A stretch of DNA of 60,426 nt, filler included, from Asterionella formosa (Eukaryota), in the NCBI GenBank assembly GCA_002256025.1. It is 10 parts of 10 records of this genome, joined end to end, with 100 filler letters (N's around TTAATTAATTAA, not from the genome) between each part and the next. Parts side by side here need not be neighbours in the genome. Positions count along the whole stretch, not along the records: positions 1 to 5,968 come from NKIB01012869.1; positions 6,069 to 12,030 come from NKIB01012870.1; positions 12,131 to 18,088 come from NKIB01012871.1; 7 more parts are not named here. The stretch is one strand, 5' to 3'. The translations under genes were made by a program, and so were the position numbers. Shown in pieces: positions 1 through 12,376 of the stretch (within the stretch, counting starts at the first letter, position 1; every line of letters begins with the position of its first letter). The notes beneath the pieces are model-generated. The model was given only the letters and a program-made list of their open reading frames with translations, had not been told where the DNA came from and did not search any database.

Positions 1-56
1 ACGTGTCCTTACAGGATACAAGAAAGCATAGAGTGCTTCAGGACGCAATTTCAACA
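1..56 (+). repeat. 3' end of 5' LTR
   Basis: acgtgtcctta...ggacgcaatttcaaca is near-identical to 5310-5367 and ends in CAACA. Confidence 0.9.
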
Positions 57-189
57 GTTTTAATAGAATTAGCCGGCCAGGAAGAGCCGTGATATCACAA
101 TCAACAACAGGTAGACCATTGAGAGTCTGGAGACAAGATCTGAGGGTACCAGACCATCCAGAGTCTGAAGAAGTCACACAAGGCGCATC

Positions 190-1638
190 ATGAGTGGCAA
201 AGGAAATTTTACCAAGAAGGCTCAAGCCAAGGGCAAGTTTCAAGCCAAGGGAGGAAGCAATATTGCTTCTCACTCCATCAAGAAGTCAGTCAATGACTAT
301 AACTACTATCTCAGATCATTGAAGCAGGCATCTGATTATGAGACTACTACTGAGTACCTCATCAATCATATCAAGAAAGTGTTCGACTATGGCAATGACA
401 TAGGAACCGTGCTCAAGTTGCTAGCACCAATCAACACATTGGCATGGAAGCCAAGAATGCAAGTGAGCATTGCAACAACAGAAGAAAATCACGCTGCAGA
501 GAATCGACAATATGAGATTGAATTCAAGGCTGACTATAACACCTACAGTAAAAGGGTACAGGCCTACGAAAATAATAATACCAAGGCATATGCGTTGCTC
601 TGGGAAAGATGCAACAAAGCCATGAAGAACAAGATTGAAGCGAGATCCGATTACAATAGGATCGAAAATAACCCAATAACATTGCTTATGGCAATTAAAG
701 AAAACGCACTAAATTTTCAAGAAAATCGATATTCTATGTCGATCATTTTAGATGCGATGAGAACGCTTTTATTCACAAAGCAAAAAGAAGGAGAAAGTCT
801 ACAAGACTACACCAAAAGATTTCGTGTGGCACGAGATGTGCTCAAGTCACACATGGGAGGACCCATTATCCTCACCAAGTTCGTTGAAGCCATGGATGGA
901 CACAATGAGACCGACATCAAGCAACGAGATAAATTATGTGAACAAGCTTTCAGTCAATTTATGGCATATTTATATCTTGATAATGCCAATAAGGCCAAAT
1001 ACGGATCAATTATGACCGGGCTGAACACTCAACAATCACTCAGCAACGATCAATACCCGAAGAGCATCACCAAATCAAATAATGTTCTCAGCAACCATCG
1101 GTTTGACGTCACAAATAAACCCAACAGTCACAATAAACCAGGAGATAATAATAAAGAGAGAGAACAAAAGGATGCAGGCAAGGAAGATGAAGATGTGAAC
1201 TTATTGTTTGCACAGTTAGAAGTAAAATGTTACTGCTGCGGAAAAGCAGGTCACAAATCTCCTTCATGCCGAGACAAGAACAAACCCAAAGAGGAATGGG
1301 CTATCAACAAGGCCCAACAGAGCCATGCACAGGCACAGGCTAATACATCGGACACGAGTACAGTTACCTCTGTTAATTCCAACAACCCACCATCATCACA
1401 AGCTTCACAACAAGCAAATGTCAATCAATTTGGATGGGCGGGAGCTCATATGAAACTACAATTTTACCAAGCATCTGAGATGCGTGACTGGATACTATTG
1501 GATAATCAATCAAGTGTCACAGTCTTTTGCAATCCAAAAATGGTTGAAAACATTCAACTGTCAACCAACGGAAGCATGCACCTGGCCACAAATGGTGAAT
1601 TCATGGTCACTAATATGAAAGCTGATCTTCCACAATGA
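190..1638 (+). pseudogene. copia gag-protease portion of polyprotein (premature stop)
   Basis: 482-aa ORF with CCHC knuckle and aspartic protease motif LLDNQS; ends at TGA where the polyprotein should continue. Confidence 0.9.
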
Positions 1639-4600
1639 GGAGAAGTATGGTTTTAATGAGAAGGCAATCACCAACATCTTCAGTTATGCCGAAATGGCAG
1701 ATAGGTACAGAATTACCTACGACTCTGAGAAAGAAGATGTATTCATTGTTCATTTGCCTGACAAACCAGTTCGATTTGAAAGAATTGGGATGAACTTATA
1801 TGTTTTCAAACCAACTAAAACAATTAAAGCAAAGAATGCTTAAATGTTAAATACAGTTGAAGAAAACAAAACATTTTACACTGAACGTCAATTTCAGAGA
1901 GCTAAGCGAGCTCGTGATCTATTTCATGCCTTGGGTACACCATCAATAAATGATTTCAAGGCAATAATTCGTATGAATACGATCAACAATAATCCAGTGA
2001 CTACCAATGATATCAAAATTGCAGAGAAAATTTTTGGACCTGACATCGGAACACTAAAAGGCAAGACAACTTGTTGCAAGCCACTGCCAGTTGTGAACGA
2101 CTACATCGAGATTCCTAAGGAGCTTATCCAAGCTCAACGCGAAGTGATTCTTTGCATGGATGGAATGAAAGTAAATGGACAATCGTTTCTCACAACAATT
2201 TCTCGAAACACTATGTATAGGACAGCGCAATGGGTCAAGAATCAGACAGCTGAAGTCTATCGAGATGCTTTGATTCAAGTATTCCGTGTTTATAATACCA
2301 GAGGATTTAAAATTACAACAATCCACTGTGACAACGAGTTTCGACCTTTGATGGAACAAATTTCCAATGAATTTCAAGTCACTATGAACTACGCAAACCC
2401 ACAAGAACATGTTCCTGAAGCGGAACGAAATAATCGAGTGATTAATGAACGCGTGCGCGCAAATTATCATCAATTACCTTTCAAACATTTGCCACAACTG
2501 AAGATTAAGATTCTAGTGACATAATCTGCAAAGAAAATGAATTTCTTTCCGGCAAAGAACGGGATATCCCCGTGTTACAGTCCTTGTATGATTTTACATC
2601 AACAAAACCTGGACTATGCTCGACATTGCCAGTATACATTTGGCACTTATGTCCAAGCACATGAAGAACCTGTGTTTTCAAACACTAATGCACCGCGCAG
2701 CCTAGATTGCATTTATCTATGCTACAATGACAACATGCAAGGAGGTCATGAATTATTACACCTACCTACAAATTCATTGATCACTAGACGAACAGTTACT
2801 CCTCTACCAATTACCCCAGCAATCATGAATCAATTACACGCCATTGCTGCGCAGGAAAATATGCCAAATGGTCTCAAGATAACAAATCGAACGGAACATT
2901 TTTTTATGATAGTGCTTGGATTGCAGGAGTGGATTATGATAATGAAGCATTTGAAGATGCACAAGATGAAGATTATGAAGATCAGCACGCTAGTGATGAA
3001 GAAAGCAACGATGAAATTCTCGGAGAAGAAGACTATGATGAAATGACTCCAGATGAAATATATGAAGCAGAACAGCTTGAATTAAACAACAATACTCAAG
3101 AGGATGACCCTGAACCTGACGAGGGCAACAATGAGAATAATACTGAAATGAATGCAGATGAAATCCAAGATGAGGATGAAGAGCCAGCAAATGAAACTGA
3201 AAATGAAGAGGCAATGTTAGAAGTCAATCCAAGCACTGAGGATTTCACAGACCCAAATGTTAGAACTACAAGGTCTGGAAGAGTCTCAAGACCACCATCC
3301 AAAATCATTTGCATACCCAAGCACACTGTCAAGAAGGATGCACGACTGATAATGCGAAAGTGATCGCAATGACAATGTGTTATATGAATGAGATGCTGTG
3401 TATCGATAAAGAAGCATTTCACTTTGTTTAGTCATGCAGCTTAAGGAAAGGCCTCAAGAAATTTGGCCAGAAAGGAAGAGATGCCGTGTATAAAGAAATG
3501 AAACAACTACATGATAGAGTTGTATTTAAACCGATTAGGATTGGAGACCTAACAGAGATCGAAAAGCGACGTGCAATGGAAAGTCTAATTATTTTGGTTG
3601 AAAAGCGAGACAAGAGTATTAAAGGCAGAGCTTGTGCCAATGGCAGTTCGCAACGTGAATACATGGAAAGAGATGAAGCAGCTAGTCCAACTACCATGAC
3701 TGAATCTGTTATGATAACAGCAACAATTGATACAAAGCAAAATCGCGATGTTATGACTGCAGATATACCCAATGCATTTGTGCACGTGGATATCGACGAG
3801 AAAGCAAAAGGGGAGTGAATCATTATGAAGATTAGAGGTTTAGCTACTTGTCAATATGTTGACAGAAATCAGCCCCGAGACTTATGAAAAATATGTTGTT
3901 TATGAAGGAAACAGCACGGTCCTATATGTTAGGATGATCAAGGCATTATATGGCATGTTATAGTCATCATTATTATATTACAAGAAATTTCGGAAGGATA
4001 TTGAGTCAATTGGATTCAAGGTCAATCCATATGATACATGCGTTGCAAATCGCATTGTAAATGGCATGCAGCACACAGTTACTTGGCACGTAGACGATTT
4101 GAAATCTAGTCACGTGGACAGCAAAGTGAATGATCAATTTTTGGAATGGCTCAAAAAGAAATACGCTTCTGACGAAATTGGTGAAGTCAAGGTCATGCGT
4201 GGAAAGAAGCATGATTATTTGGCGATGACACTAGCTAGATTAATCTCTTCCAGGAGTGTTGAGGGTGCATGGACATGACCAAATATGTGAAATCAATGAT
4301 TGATGATTTTCCAGTGAAACTTGAAAGTGTTGGAAAATTCCCATGGACAGATAAATTGTTTACAGTTGATACAAAATCAAAGAAGCTTGAATATGAAAAA
4401 GCAAAAATGTTTCATACTTTTGTTATGACAGGAATGTTCCTATGTAAGCAAGGAAGACAGGACATTCAACCTGGAATTGCATTTCTGGCAACCCGAACTA
4501 CCCAACCAAATGAAGGCGATTGGGCAAAATTAGTCAAGATCATTAATTTCTTGAAAGCAACTCAGAATGAGGTTGCATATATGAGTGCTGATGACACTCA

Positions 4601-5077
4601 GAGCATTAAATGGTACGTTGATGCGGCGTTTGCAGTACATAAAGATTTTAATAGTCTCACTGGAGCCACATTGTCACTTGGAAACGGAATTATTTGTGCT
4701 AGCTATGTCTACGAATTAGAAAGTGAACACTAGAAGTTTGACTGAAGCAGAATTGGTTGGTGTCGATGACATTGTATCAAAGGTGTTGTGGACGAAATTA
4801 TTTATTGAAGCACAAGGACACAAGGTGGCTGACTACGAATGTCATTTACCGTGACAACACTAGCGCAATGAAGCTAGAAGCAAATGGAAAGGCAAGTTCA
4901 GGAAAACGCACGCAACATTTCAACATCGAGTATTTTTATATTACTGATCTTATTGAAAGAAAGGAAGTACAAATTAAGTACTGTCCAACGGATGCAATGT
5001 TAGCAGACTACATGACGAAACCACTGGTTGGAACGAAATTTATTCATTTTCGTCAGCAAATTATGAATTCAAAGTGA
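1639..5077 (+). pseudogene. copia pol (integrase, reverse transcriptase, RNase H), fragmented
   Basis: ORF pieces 1844-2524, 2537-3046, 2929-3363, 3486-3818, 4066-4278, 4269-4733 and 4757-5077 follow copia pol order, with IN/RT/RH motifs and an acidic linker. Confidence 0.9.
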
Positions 5078-5099
5078 GCATCCGTGTCCAGCAGGATTG

Positions 5100-5367
5100 T
5101 GTTGGAGAAAATATTTTAGGAAAGAAAATCCCGGTATAAATTACCTACTACATATTGAATCGAATGAATCATAAAAGAATATGGTACCCGAGAATTCGAA
5201 AACAATCTACACCAACAGTAAAACCCATAATTTTATTAAAACTCTTAGGAACAATTACAATCGATTACGGCAACATCGTTGTTCATATCTACAGCCTATT
5301 TGGTCCCTGACGTGTCCTTAAAGAGGATACAAGAAAGCATAGAGTGCTTCAGGACGCAATTTCAACA
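5100..5367 (+). repeat. 3' LTR, 268 bp
   Basis: Starts TGTTGG, ends TCAACA (inverted termini); lies just after the pol stop; its end matches 1-56. Confidence 0.9.
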
Positions 5368-5968
5368 TCATGTACCAAAATGGCACAATCACCCAGCTAT
5401 TGCCATAAGCTACATACCGGTAGTATGGACAAAAAGAAGAAATAAGGATTACATGATGCATAAGACCAGTAATAACAACGAGCACAATGCTTCGATCGCT
5501 TTCACGTAAATGTCAACAAAGTGAGTACCGGTACCATTAGTTATGACTCACAGTCGAATGAGTCGAATATGGTGTACCAACCTCCATCAACCACATTATT
5601 TCATTATTCTGCCATAATGAGCCCAACAATTTAAAAAATTGTCCATGAAATCTTATAGTATGTTAAAGCTATCCAATAATCACACTATAATGAGCCGAAC
5701 AATAGTATACCCGTAGACTACTGGTATTTGGAAGATATGATCAATGGCTATAAAATTATGATCAATGAATGTGAGATAGACATGGTTCTATCTATAAATG
5801 TATGATCTGACAAAAGCAAACAGCATTTGAAATAAAGTTCATTTGATTATTAAAACCAAACAATTCTAATACCCCTTAGTAACTCACAATAAGAATATAG
5901 CAATGAATGAGAAATGAATGTCTCTTTCTATGTTCTCCTTTGTCTAATGATAGATCTATCTAGAAAAG

Positions 5969-6068
5969 NNNNNNNNNNNNNNNNNNNNNNNNNNNNNNNN
6001 NNNNNNNNNNNNTTAATTAATTAANNNNNNNNNNNNNNNNNNNNNNNNNNNNNNNNNNNNNNNNNNNN
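5969..6068. other. Artificial contig linker (N44-TTAATTAATTAA-N44); also at 12031, 18089, 24142, 30194, 36244, 42297, 48342 and 54386
   Basis: Same 100-bp spacer with stops in all six frames recurs about every 6.05 kb. Confidence 0.97.
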
Positions 6069-6286
6069 AAAGAAGCATGGTCAAACCCACACAAGGTAAT
6101 CAGAGGATCATCATGCTTGCTGTTGAACAAAGTCCAGAATGGACTCGATAATGGATGCTGTAGTGCGTGGCGACGGATTTTGCCACTTCTTCTTCGGACC
6201 TCATCAACAGTCAAACTTTCCCTGAACGATGGCGTCCTATTTACTGGTGGATAGCACATTGCTAACAGTAGCAATGCGATCATAAT
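6069..6286 (-). mobile_element. N-terminal part of a PIF/Harbinger-like (DDE_Tnp_4) transposase, cut by contig end
   Basis: RRRSGKIRRHALQHPLSSPFWTLFNSKHDDPLITLCGFDHAS resembles the N-terminus of stramenopile Harbinger-type transposases; catalytic region absent. Confidence 0.6.
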
Positions 6287-6899
6287 GTCATCATCATCAT
6301 CATCATCATCAGGAGATGAGATGAAAGTCGACATGGTCAGTGACCGACGATGATGAATATATAGAACGCATGCATATAATGAACAAGAGGCGGCATAGCA
6401 TACAAGAGGATGCATCGATATGAAAATTTAATTGTTGAAAATTAAAGTTAAAAATATATATAATGTCAGAGAAGTAATCTAAAATATCTCTATTATCAGA
6501 GCGCAAGGACGATATTATGTAGCAGATCACCAGAATAATTTGTGTTATAATACACACATGATATAATAATTTTTTATTATCAGAGCGCGCCCAGTATCAA
6601 ACCAATCAACAGATAATATATTCTTGGGTGGACGATGATCAGATCGAGTGAGTCAGGATCAGACATCACACATCGGTACTGGCGTAGCCGTTTGTTTCCA
6701 TTTTCCATATAGCATACCGGCGGTAATATCGGGAACATATATGCACCTATATATAAACATATTTTAATCCTTTTTATAGCGCATTATTACTGGTCTACAG
6801 TATTTCTATGTTCGTCTTCATTGCGCTCCATGGCCAATGAAAGGTGGGGTGGTGGAGATGGGTTGTCACTGCCTCGTGTGGAAGTCTGTAAAATAAAAA

Positions 6900-8185
6900 A
6901 AGTTTATCTGTGATATAGTGCAGTCTCTTGTTAGAACAATATTCGTGGTGTGTCAGCTGATGTACCTGATGGATAGTTTTTTTTGTGTCTGAGTGTGTCT
7001 TGTTATTATTCTTTCTTCCATATTATTGATGTACTCCTTTGGCATGGGTGTATTTTGGTCAAAGTATTCGTGCAATGATTTTTGACCCGTTTTTGCGAAC
7101 TCTTTAGATTTGTTCTAATGTGTAGACTGCCCTCTCTAAAAATCTTTTCTTTTGTTCAGCCTCGAAGTCAGCAGTATTTTTATGTCTGTTGCAAATAAGT
7201 GGGAGTCCTGGGTACATGTCTCCCCCCTCTGGGCATACACCATGGTGATTTTGGCATTTATTTCTGAATGTGCAATAGTTTTATTTTTTCCTTATGCAAA
7301 CTCTTGTTTTGCTCTCCCCACACTCTAATTACAAGAGACCATATTTGGTTGGTGGCCAGTTTTGACCATTGCCGACATTCTTCTGGAGTTGGGGAGGATG
7401 GGTCATCCCTGGAGCTTTGGAAAGCACTGATCCAGTGTTTTTTTAGGTACCCTTTCAGCGTTAGCTTGACTCCTAGCTTGTCTTGAAGACTGATTTCCTT
7501 CCTGAGAATAGATTTAGTCCTTTCTGTAGTGCAGGGGGCACATCAGAGCTGAAATGATCGCCCCAATGTATTGATGATATGGGACAGGTAGTCTTGCCAA
7601 ATTTGAGAGATATCCTTCCCCACTTTGGATGTATTCATTTTTGAGTGCATTGTAGTAAGGTGCGTATTTCTGGTGTATTCCGTTTTCTTGTGTTTGCAGA
7701 GTATCAAATGCTCATTTGTTTCTTTCAAGGAGCAACGAGGGCATGAGAAGTCTCCGTTATGGATTAACTTTCTGCGGTCGCCAGTTGGGAGCCATCCATG
7801 AATATATTTGGTGACTATGATCCTATATTTTGTGGTTGTGACTGAAAAGCCGGCTGCAGAGAATCCTTTCCAGTCAATATTTTGGCAGCGTGCCTCTCTT
7901 AAGTAGTGTTTGGCTCTGAAATAGATTTGATACCTTGTTTCCTGGATATGCCCCGCCCGCATTGGCCGACCAGTGGAGCTGTGGATCCTGGATCCATTCA
8001 CCAAAAGGCTTCAAAATGCTCAGACGTGCCTTGCGGCCCTCCAGTCGAGGTATTCTTACACTGTGCTGTTTCAGGAATTCCGAAGCCAGCTGGTCAGCTT
8101 TTACATTCAGAGCCGCAGCTATTGAAAGTTTGGACTGACCCGAGGTATTATCATGGTGCGATTTTACCCATCTAATATGAACCAT
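6900..8185 (-). mobile_element. 5'-truncated non-LTR retrotransposon (LINE) 3' fragment: RNase H end, zf-RVT/CCHC region, C-terminal tail
   Basis: WVKSHHD...LNVKADQLA (RNase H end), KYIHGWLPTG...CPRCSLKETNEHLILC (zf-RVT), LKGYLKKHW...WGEQNKSLH; frameshifted; 3' boundary approximate. Confidence 0.8.
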
Positions 8186-8482
8186 GCAGCAAAAACAAGT
8201 TCACTAAGGAGATGAGTAAGGAATACCGGGAACTTACTGCTAGGAGTCGTAACAAATTAGACTCCCAGTTTATTGAACCTTTAGTCGAAGCTAGTGCTAG
8301 CAGTGATTCACTAGTAGTACTGGTAGCAGGTACCGTAGTATACAATTCCATTCCTGCTGGCTTCATCGTGTATTTTCATTGATGATAATGTGCGTAGTAA
8401 GGGCAAGTATTACCGGTACATCAATATACTGCTTGTCCAATGGGTGGTAGACCATATACGTATGATATATTTAGACTACATA

Positions 8483-8723
8483 ATATAAAGGCCATGAATT
8501 TAGTTAGCTAATATAATAGAATCATGCATGCTAGTAAATGTAAAAATCTAAAAATGTAGCAGTGGATGACCAGCACCAGTGTGACAATGAAAAATCATTG
8601 ATTGATATAAAGGCCATGAATTTAGCTAATAAAATAGAAATATGCATGCTAGTAAATGTAAAAATCTAAATATGTAGCAGTGGATGACCAGCAACAGTGT
8701 GACAATGAAAAATCATTGATTGA
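8483..8723. repeat. Two-copy tandem duplication, ~120 bp unit
   Basis: atataaaggccatgaattta...gtgtgacaatgaaaaatcattgattga repeated at ~8483 and ~8605. Confidence 0.9.
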
Positions 8724-10489
8724 CAATCTGTGGCACTGCTCTATCTACAATGTATTACTCAAACATTTTATTAATTGCTGTGTGGCTTGGCAGTGAAGAA
8801 GGGCACAGCTCAAAGTAGTAGGGCAGTCATAGCTCGCTAATATTCCACAGGACCATGTGTCCACAAAACTCCACCTTCACTCATCTAGTACCCTGCTTAA
8901 CCCTAATAAATAGTGTAGCCACCTTACATCACTAATTCCAACTTTGCTGTAAGAACTCTGATATTGACAACGAAAATTGAAATAGCCAACAGCACATGAT
9001 TTTTAAATGAAATTTATAGATTCACAATTCAAAACGACGATGCTATCAGCAGATTTGACACTTTCACAGTAGCGGTACAACGACTGCAAAGACGACTAAA
9101 CAATAGCATGATTAATTAAAGCAAAAGATGTGAAACAATTTTTTTCTAGCTTAGATTTGATTACTTGTATAGACGCCTCACAATGGAGTCATTGTGAGAT
9201 GGGAATGGAGGAAGCGTGACTGATGATGAGATTTCAAAATTGTTTGCTTACCAGTAAGTACCAGAATACTATTGTCTTCATTATACTATATGAACTTCTA
9301 GTCGACAGTCAATGCAGTAGTATACATAACATCAGGACCGGTATACTATTATCATCATTAGTCGACAATCTATATAGTGTATAATTTATAGTATACATGC
9401 ATGCATAACATGCGTACGTACTGTAAATACAAACCGGTAGTTTATTAAAGTAATATCGGGTCGTTGCTATGATTATGCTGGCAGTTACGAATTTCCAATA
9501 CCAACGACTCTGAAAACCGTTGATTAAGATAGGTTGTTTTCATAATTTCGGCCGGAAAAGGTGAACGATTTTGAGTTTGGAGAGAATAAAGCATTATAAG
9601 CGAGACTTGCTTACTTTTGCTTTGTTGTGTTTTCTTGACATTTCCCTGTTCTGAAGAATAAAATTAGCAGAAAACATAGTACGTCACTAAGTGGTGATCA
9701 CCATGAATACAGAAGATTTTGAAGAGTGAATTGATGACTTTTTCTTTGTAATTAAACGCCTGTCCTGCGTCACCTTATCAATTTTCAGCAAAATGACCGC
9801 AACTTGCACCAGGCAGATTTTCGAATACTAGGAACTTCTACATTTGCATAGAAGTGCATTTTTTTGTTAACGTGATATGATACACGCACTGTCTGAGAAT
9901 AGAGGGCTAGAGAAGGTGTTGGAGTTTGTGGTCAATAGCTTGTTGATGACTTCTATGAGATAGCTATTTCTATCTTCTTTACAATTTAATGAGAAAACTT
10001 GAGAGATAGAAATCTCAGAGAGGGTGCAACATCTCAAAATGCAAGAAAATACCTCGATGTATAATTTTGTAATGAGCTTCATGTACATACTAATTGTCGT
10101 GTTTAATATTCCATCGTGATTAGGTCATTTTGAAGCTAAATATATACATGCAGCAATACATTGGTTGTTCTTTATGCGACCAGAAAAACTGCATTGTGTG
10201 AAAAGTCATAAATTCCCCTGACTGACGGTTTGTGCAAAAATTGTATGCATTCAATTTTACCATCCAATCTCGTTGTTGAATTAATGATAAACTTTAAATC
10301 GAAATCCATTGCACCGCGATGGTTGTGAAATCATTGTAGTAGTATCATTTTACCTGTTATAGTAGGACCGTATTTGAGGCATTCCTCTACAGTTTCAACT
10401 CCAGATAGCCCACTGTCAAGCTCTCGAGATTTTGCACGTGAACCCATTGGTCATGTAAGCGTGGATTTGCCATGCTCAACACCACTATG

Positions 10490-10850
10490 CAACAGCACGC
10501 ATCATTCAATTAAAGAGCACTTGTCGATAACCTGGCATCGGAATCGGGTCTGCACCAACGCTTCCAGCTACACAATATCTACATCGTATGTAATGGGCTA
10601 CAAGCACATGAAGAATCAACAGAAACAACAAGAAACTCAAGGAGCTTGATGAAATGGCTAGAATAGTACAACAACACGCATCATTCAATTGAAGAGCGCA
10701 TGGGTTGATGCGGTCCTGGTATCGGAATTTGGTCTGCACGGGCACTTTGAGCCACACAATAATTACAGCATATGCAATCAGCTACAAACAAATGAAAGAA
10801 TCAACCGAAACAATAAGAAACTCAAGGTTCTTGATAAAAATGGCTGGAAT
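10490..10850. repeat. Diverged two-copy tandem duplication, ~180 bp unit
   Basis: cacgcatcattcaatt...atcggaat...ggtctgcac...agaaactcaagg...aatggct present twice. Confidence 0.75.
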
Positions 10851-11668
10851 CAAATAAGAGACATTATTCATTTGATAAGAGTCATGATGGTCATGTCACC
10901 ATATTTCATTTTGCTCCAAACAGCTCGTCTTAAAGCTGCACAATAAAATCAGAGTCTGATAGAAACACAAAAAAGGCAAGGCAAACGCATGGGAGGCCAA
11001 TAAGTGCCTCATTAAAAGATTAAACCAAGTCATCTGCCTTCTCCTCAGTCATCAAGAAGATGTGGGGACAGATTATCTCCTCACCAGTGCCAGAATATGA
11101 TGCCAGAATACACAGCATACATATTTCCCCCTACTCTCATTCAAGAGAGTGTATCCACCCTTTCCCCGCATTGCAGCGCTTGAAGTCACCACGTTTTTTG
11201 GGTTGATACTGGGTAGGTTAATAATTTTATATAACATAGGCTGTCAATGCAAGCAAGCGCCATACGGGCTACCCTACTAACACTTGATTAGTCTTAAGGT
11301 GCTTAATAAATGAGGTTAACAATACTGAAAGCGCTGCTCATGGTGGTTATGTTAAGGTTCCTGCATTTGAACCCCTAGGCAAAAACTAAAATATTGCTTA
11401 GGGTTGTCGAAATTCCCTGGAACTAAGAATTTTTATGAGTTAATTTTGAATGACGTGATTCCATTTGAAATATTTGAATCACTGGAAATTTGCGCGTACA
11501 TACATAGATTCGTTTTCGAATCCAATAAATAAATACATGAACATTCTCCATCGCTCAATGTTTATATACCCTATCATACAATCAACATATATGTGTCAGA
11601 CAAGCTGGTAGCATGGCAAATATTGTTGATGACTACCGGTAAGAAACAAAAAGAAGCAACAATCAACC

Positions 11669-12030
11669 ATGAGCGAAATTACACATCAAAATGATGACAA
11701 TGGTAATGACGAATTTAACTACAGTCATGATAGTTGTCCTACCTGCCAGGACCGGTTGATTGTAGAGTCGTATGTGGAGGGATGTGAGGATCGCATCTTC
11801 TCCGAATGCTGCGATTTTTGCTGCTCTGAATGTCAGTGCCGATGGGATGAAGTCGAAGAGTTGGTGGAGAAGTTTCTGGGAGGTGAATCCATTCTTACCA
11901 GGTTGAAGGATGAAGACATTACGGCATCAAGAGCCCGCAATCTTCTGTACAAGTTTCTAATCAGAGTTTTCAGTGGTCCATTGGGAAAAGGTGTTCGGAT
12001 GCAACTTCCTGACTGTTGTTTGAAGGGGGA
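11669..12030 (+). CDS. Cys-rich protein with P2X7 C-terminal (ballast)-like domain, 3'-partial
   Basis: ATG start, Cys cluster ECCDFCCSECQC, then RARNLLYKFLIRVFSGPLGKGVRMQLPDCC, matching the R..[AL]Y..F....G.LGKG.R..[IL]P.C signature; runs into linker. Confidence 0.6.
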
Positions 12031-12130
12031 NNNNNNNNNNNNNNNNNNNNNNNNNNNNNNNNNNNNNNNNNNNNTTAATTAATTAANNNNNNNNNNNNNN
12101 NNNNNNNNNNNNNNNNNNNNNNNNNNNNNN

Positions 12131-12376
12131 TCAAACGCAGGATCTGCGACATCAAAGCAGCAACAACAACAAAAATTGAAATACGATCGTTCCGATATTG
12201 CACAATTGAAACCAAAAGAATGGATAGAAGATGGGTTGGGTGGAAAATTCAACAAGGAAGGCTTTACAGGAAGAACAGAACAAGGGGTCAACATTTATAA
12301 AGCGCATTTGTTTAACAAACGAGACTTTGGTAAAACATCCGATTGTCCTTTTGATTGCGATTGTTGTTTTATATAA
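12131..12376 (+). CDS. DUF1764 family protein, 5'-partial
   Basis: Open from contig start; C-terminus GRTEQGVNIYKAHLFNKRDFGKTSDCPFDCDCCFI* fits the DUF1764 signature CPFDCxCCF. Confidence 0.85.
   Translation, partial: SNAGSATSKQQQQQKLKYDRSDIAQLKPKEWIEDGLGGKFNKEGFTGRTEQGVNIYKAHLFNKRDFGKTSDCPFDCDCCFI

Larger units (their letters stand above)
1..5367 (+). mobile_element. Ty1/copia LTR retrotransposon (diatom CoDi-like), near full length, decayed; 5' LTR cut by window edge
   Basis: Domain order gag-PR-IN-RT-RH. Zn knuckle CYCCGKAGHKSPSC, protease WILLDNQS, integrase ILCMDG/HCDNEF/EHVPEAERNNR, RT ADIPNAF and TWHVDDLK, RNase H WYVDAAFAVH, YRDNTSA, ADYMTKPL. Bases 1-56 match the end of the 3' LTR. 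Multiple stops and frameshifts. Confidence 0.95.

Noticed and set aside
6013..6024. TTAATTAATTAA as a piggyBac/Kolobok target site or biological repeat
   Set aside because: Always centred in N44...N44; an assembly spacer
11669..12376. One gene or operon joining the P2X7-like ORF and DUF1764
   Set aside because: Separated by an artificial linker; they are different contigs
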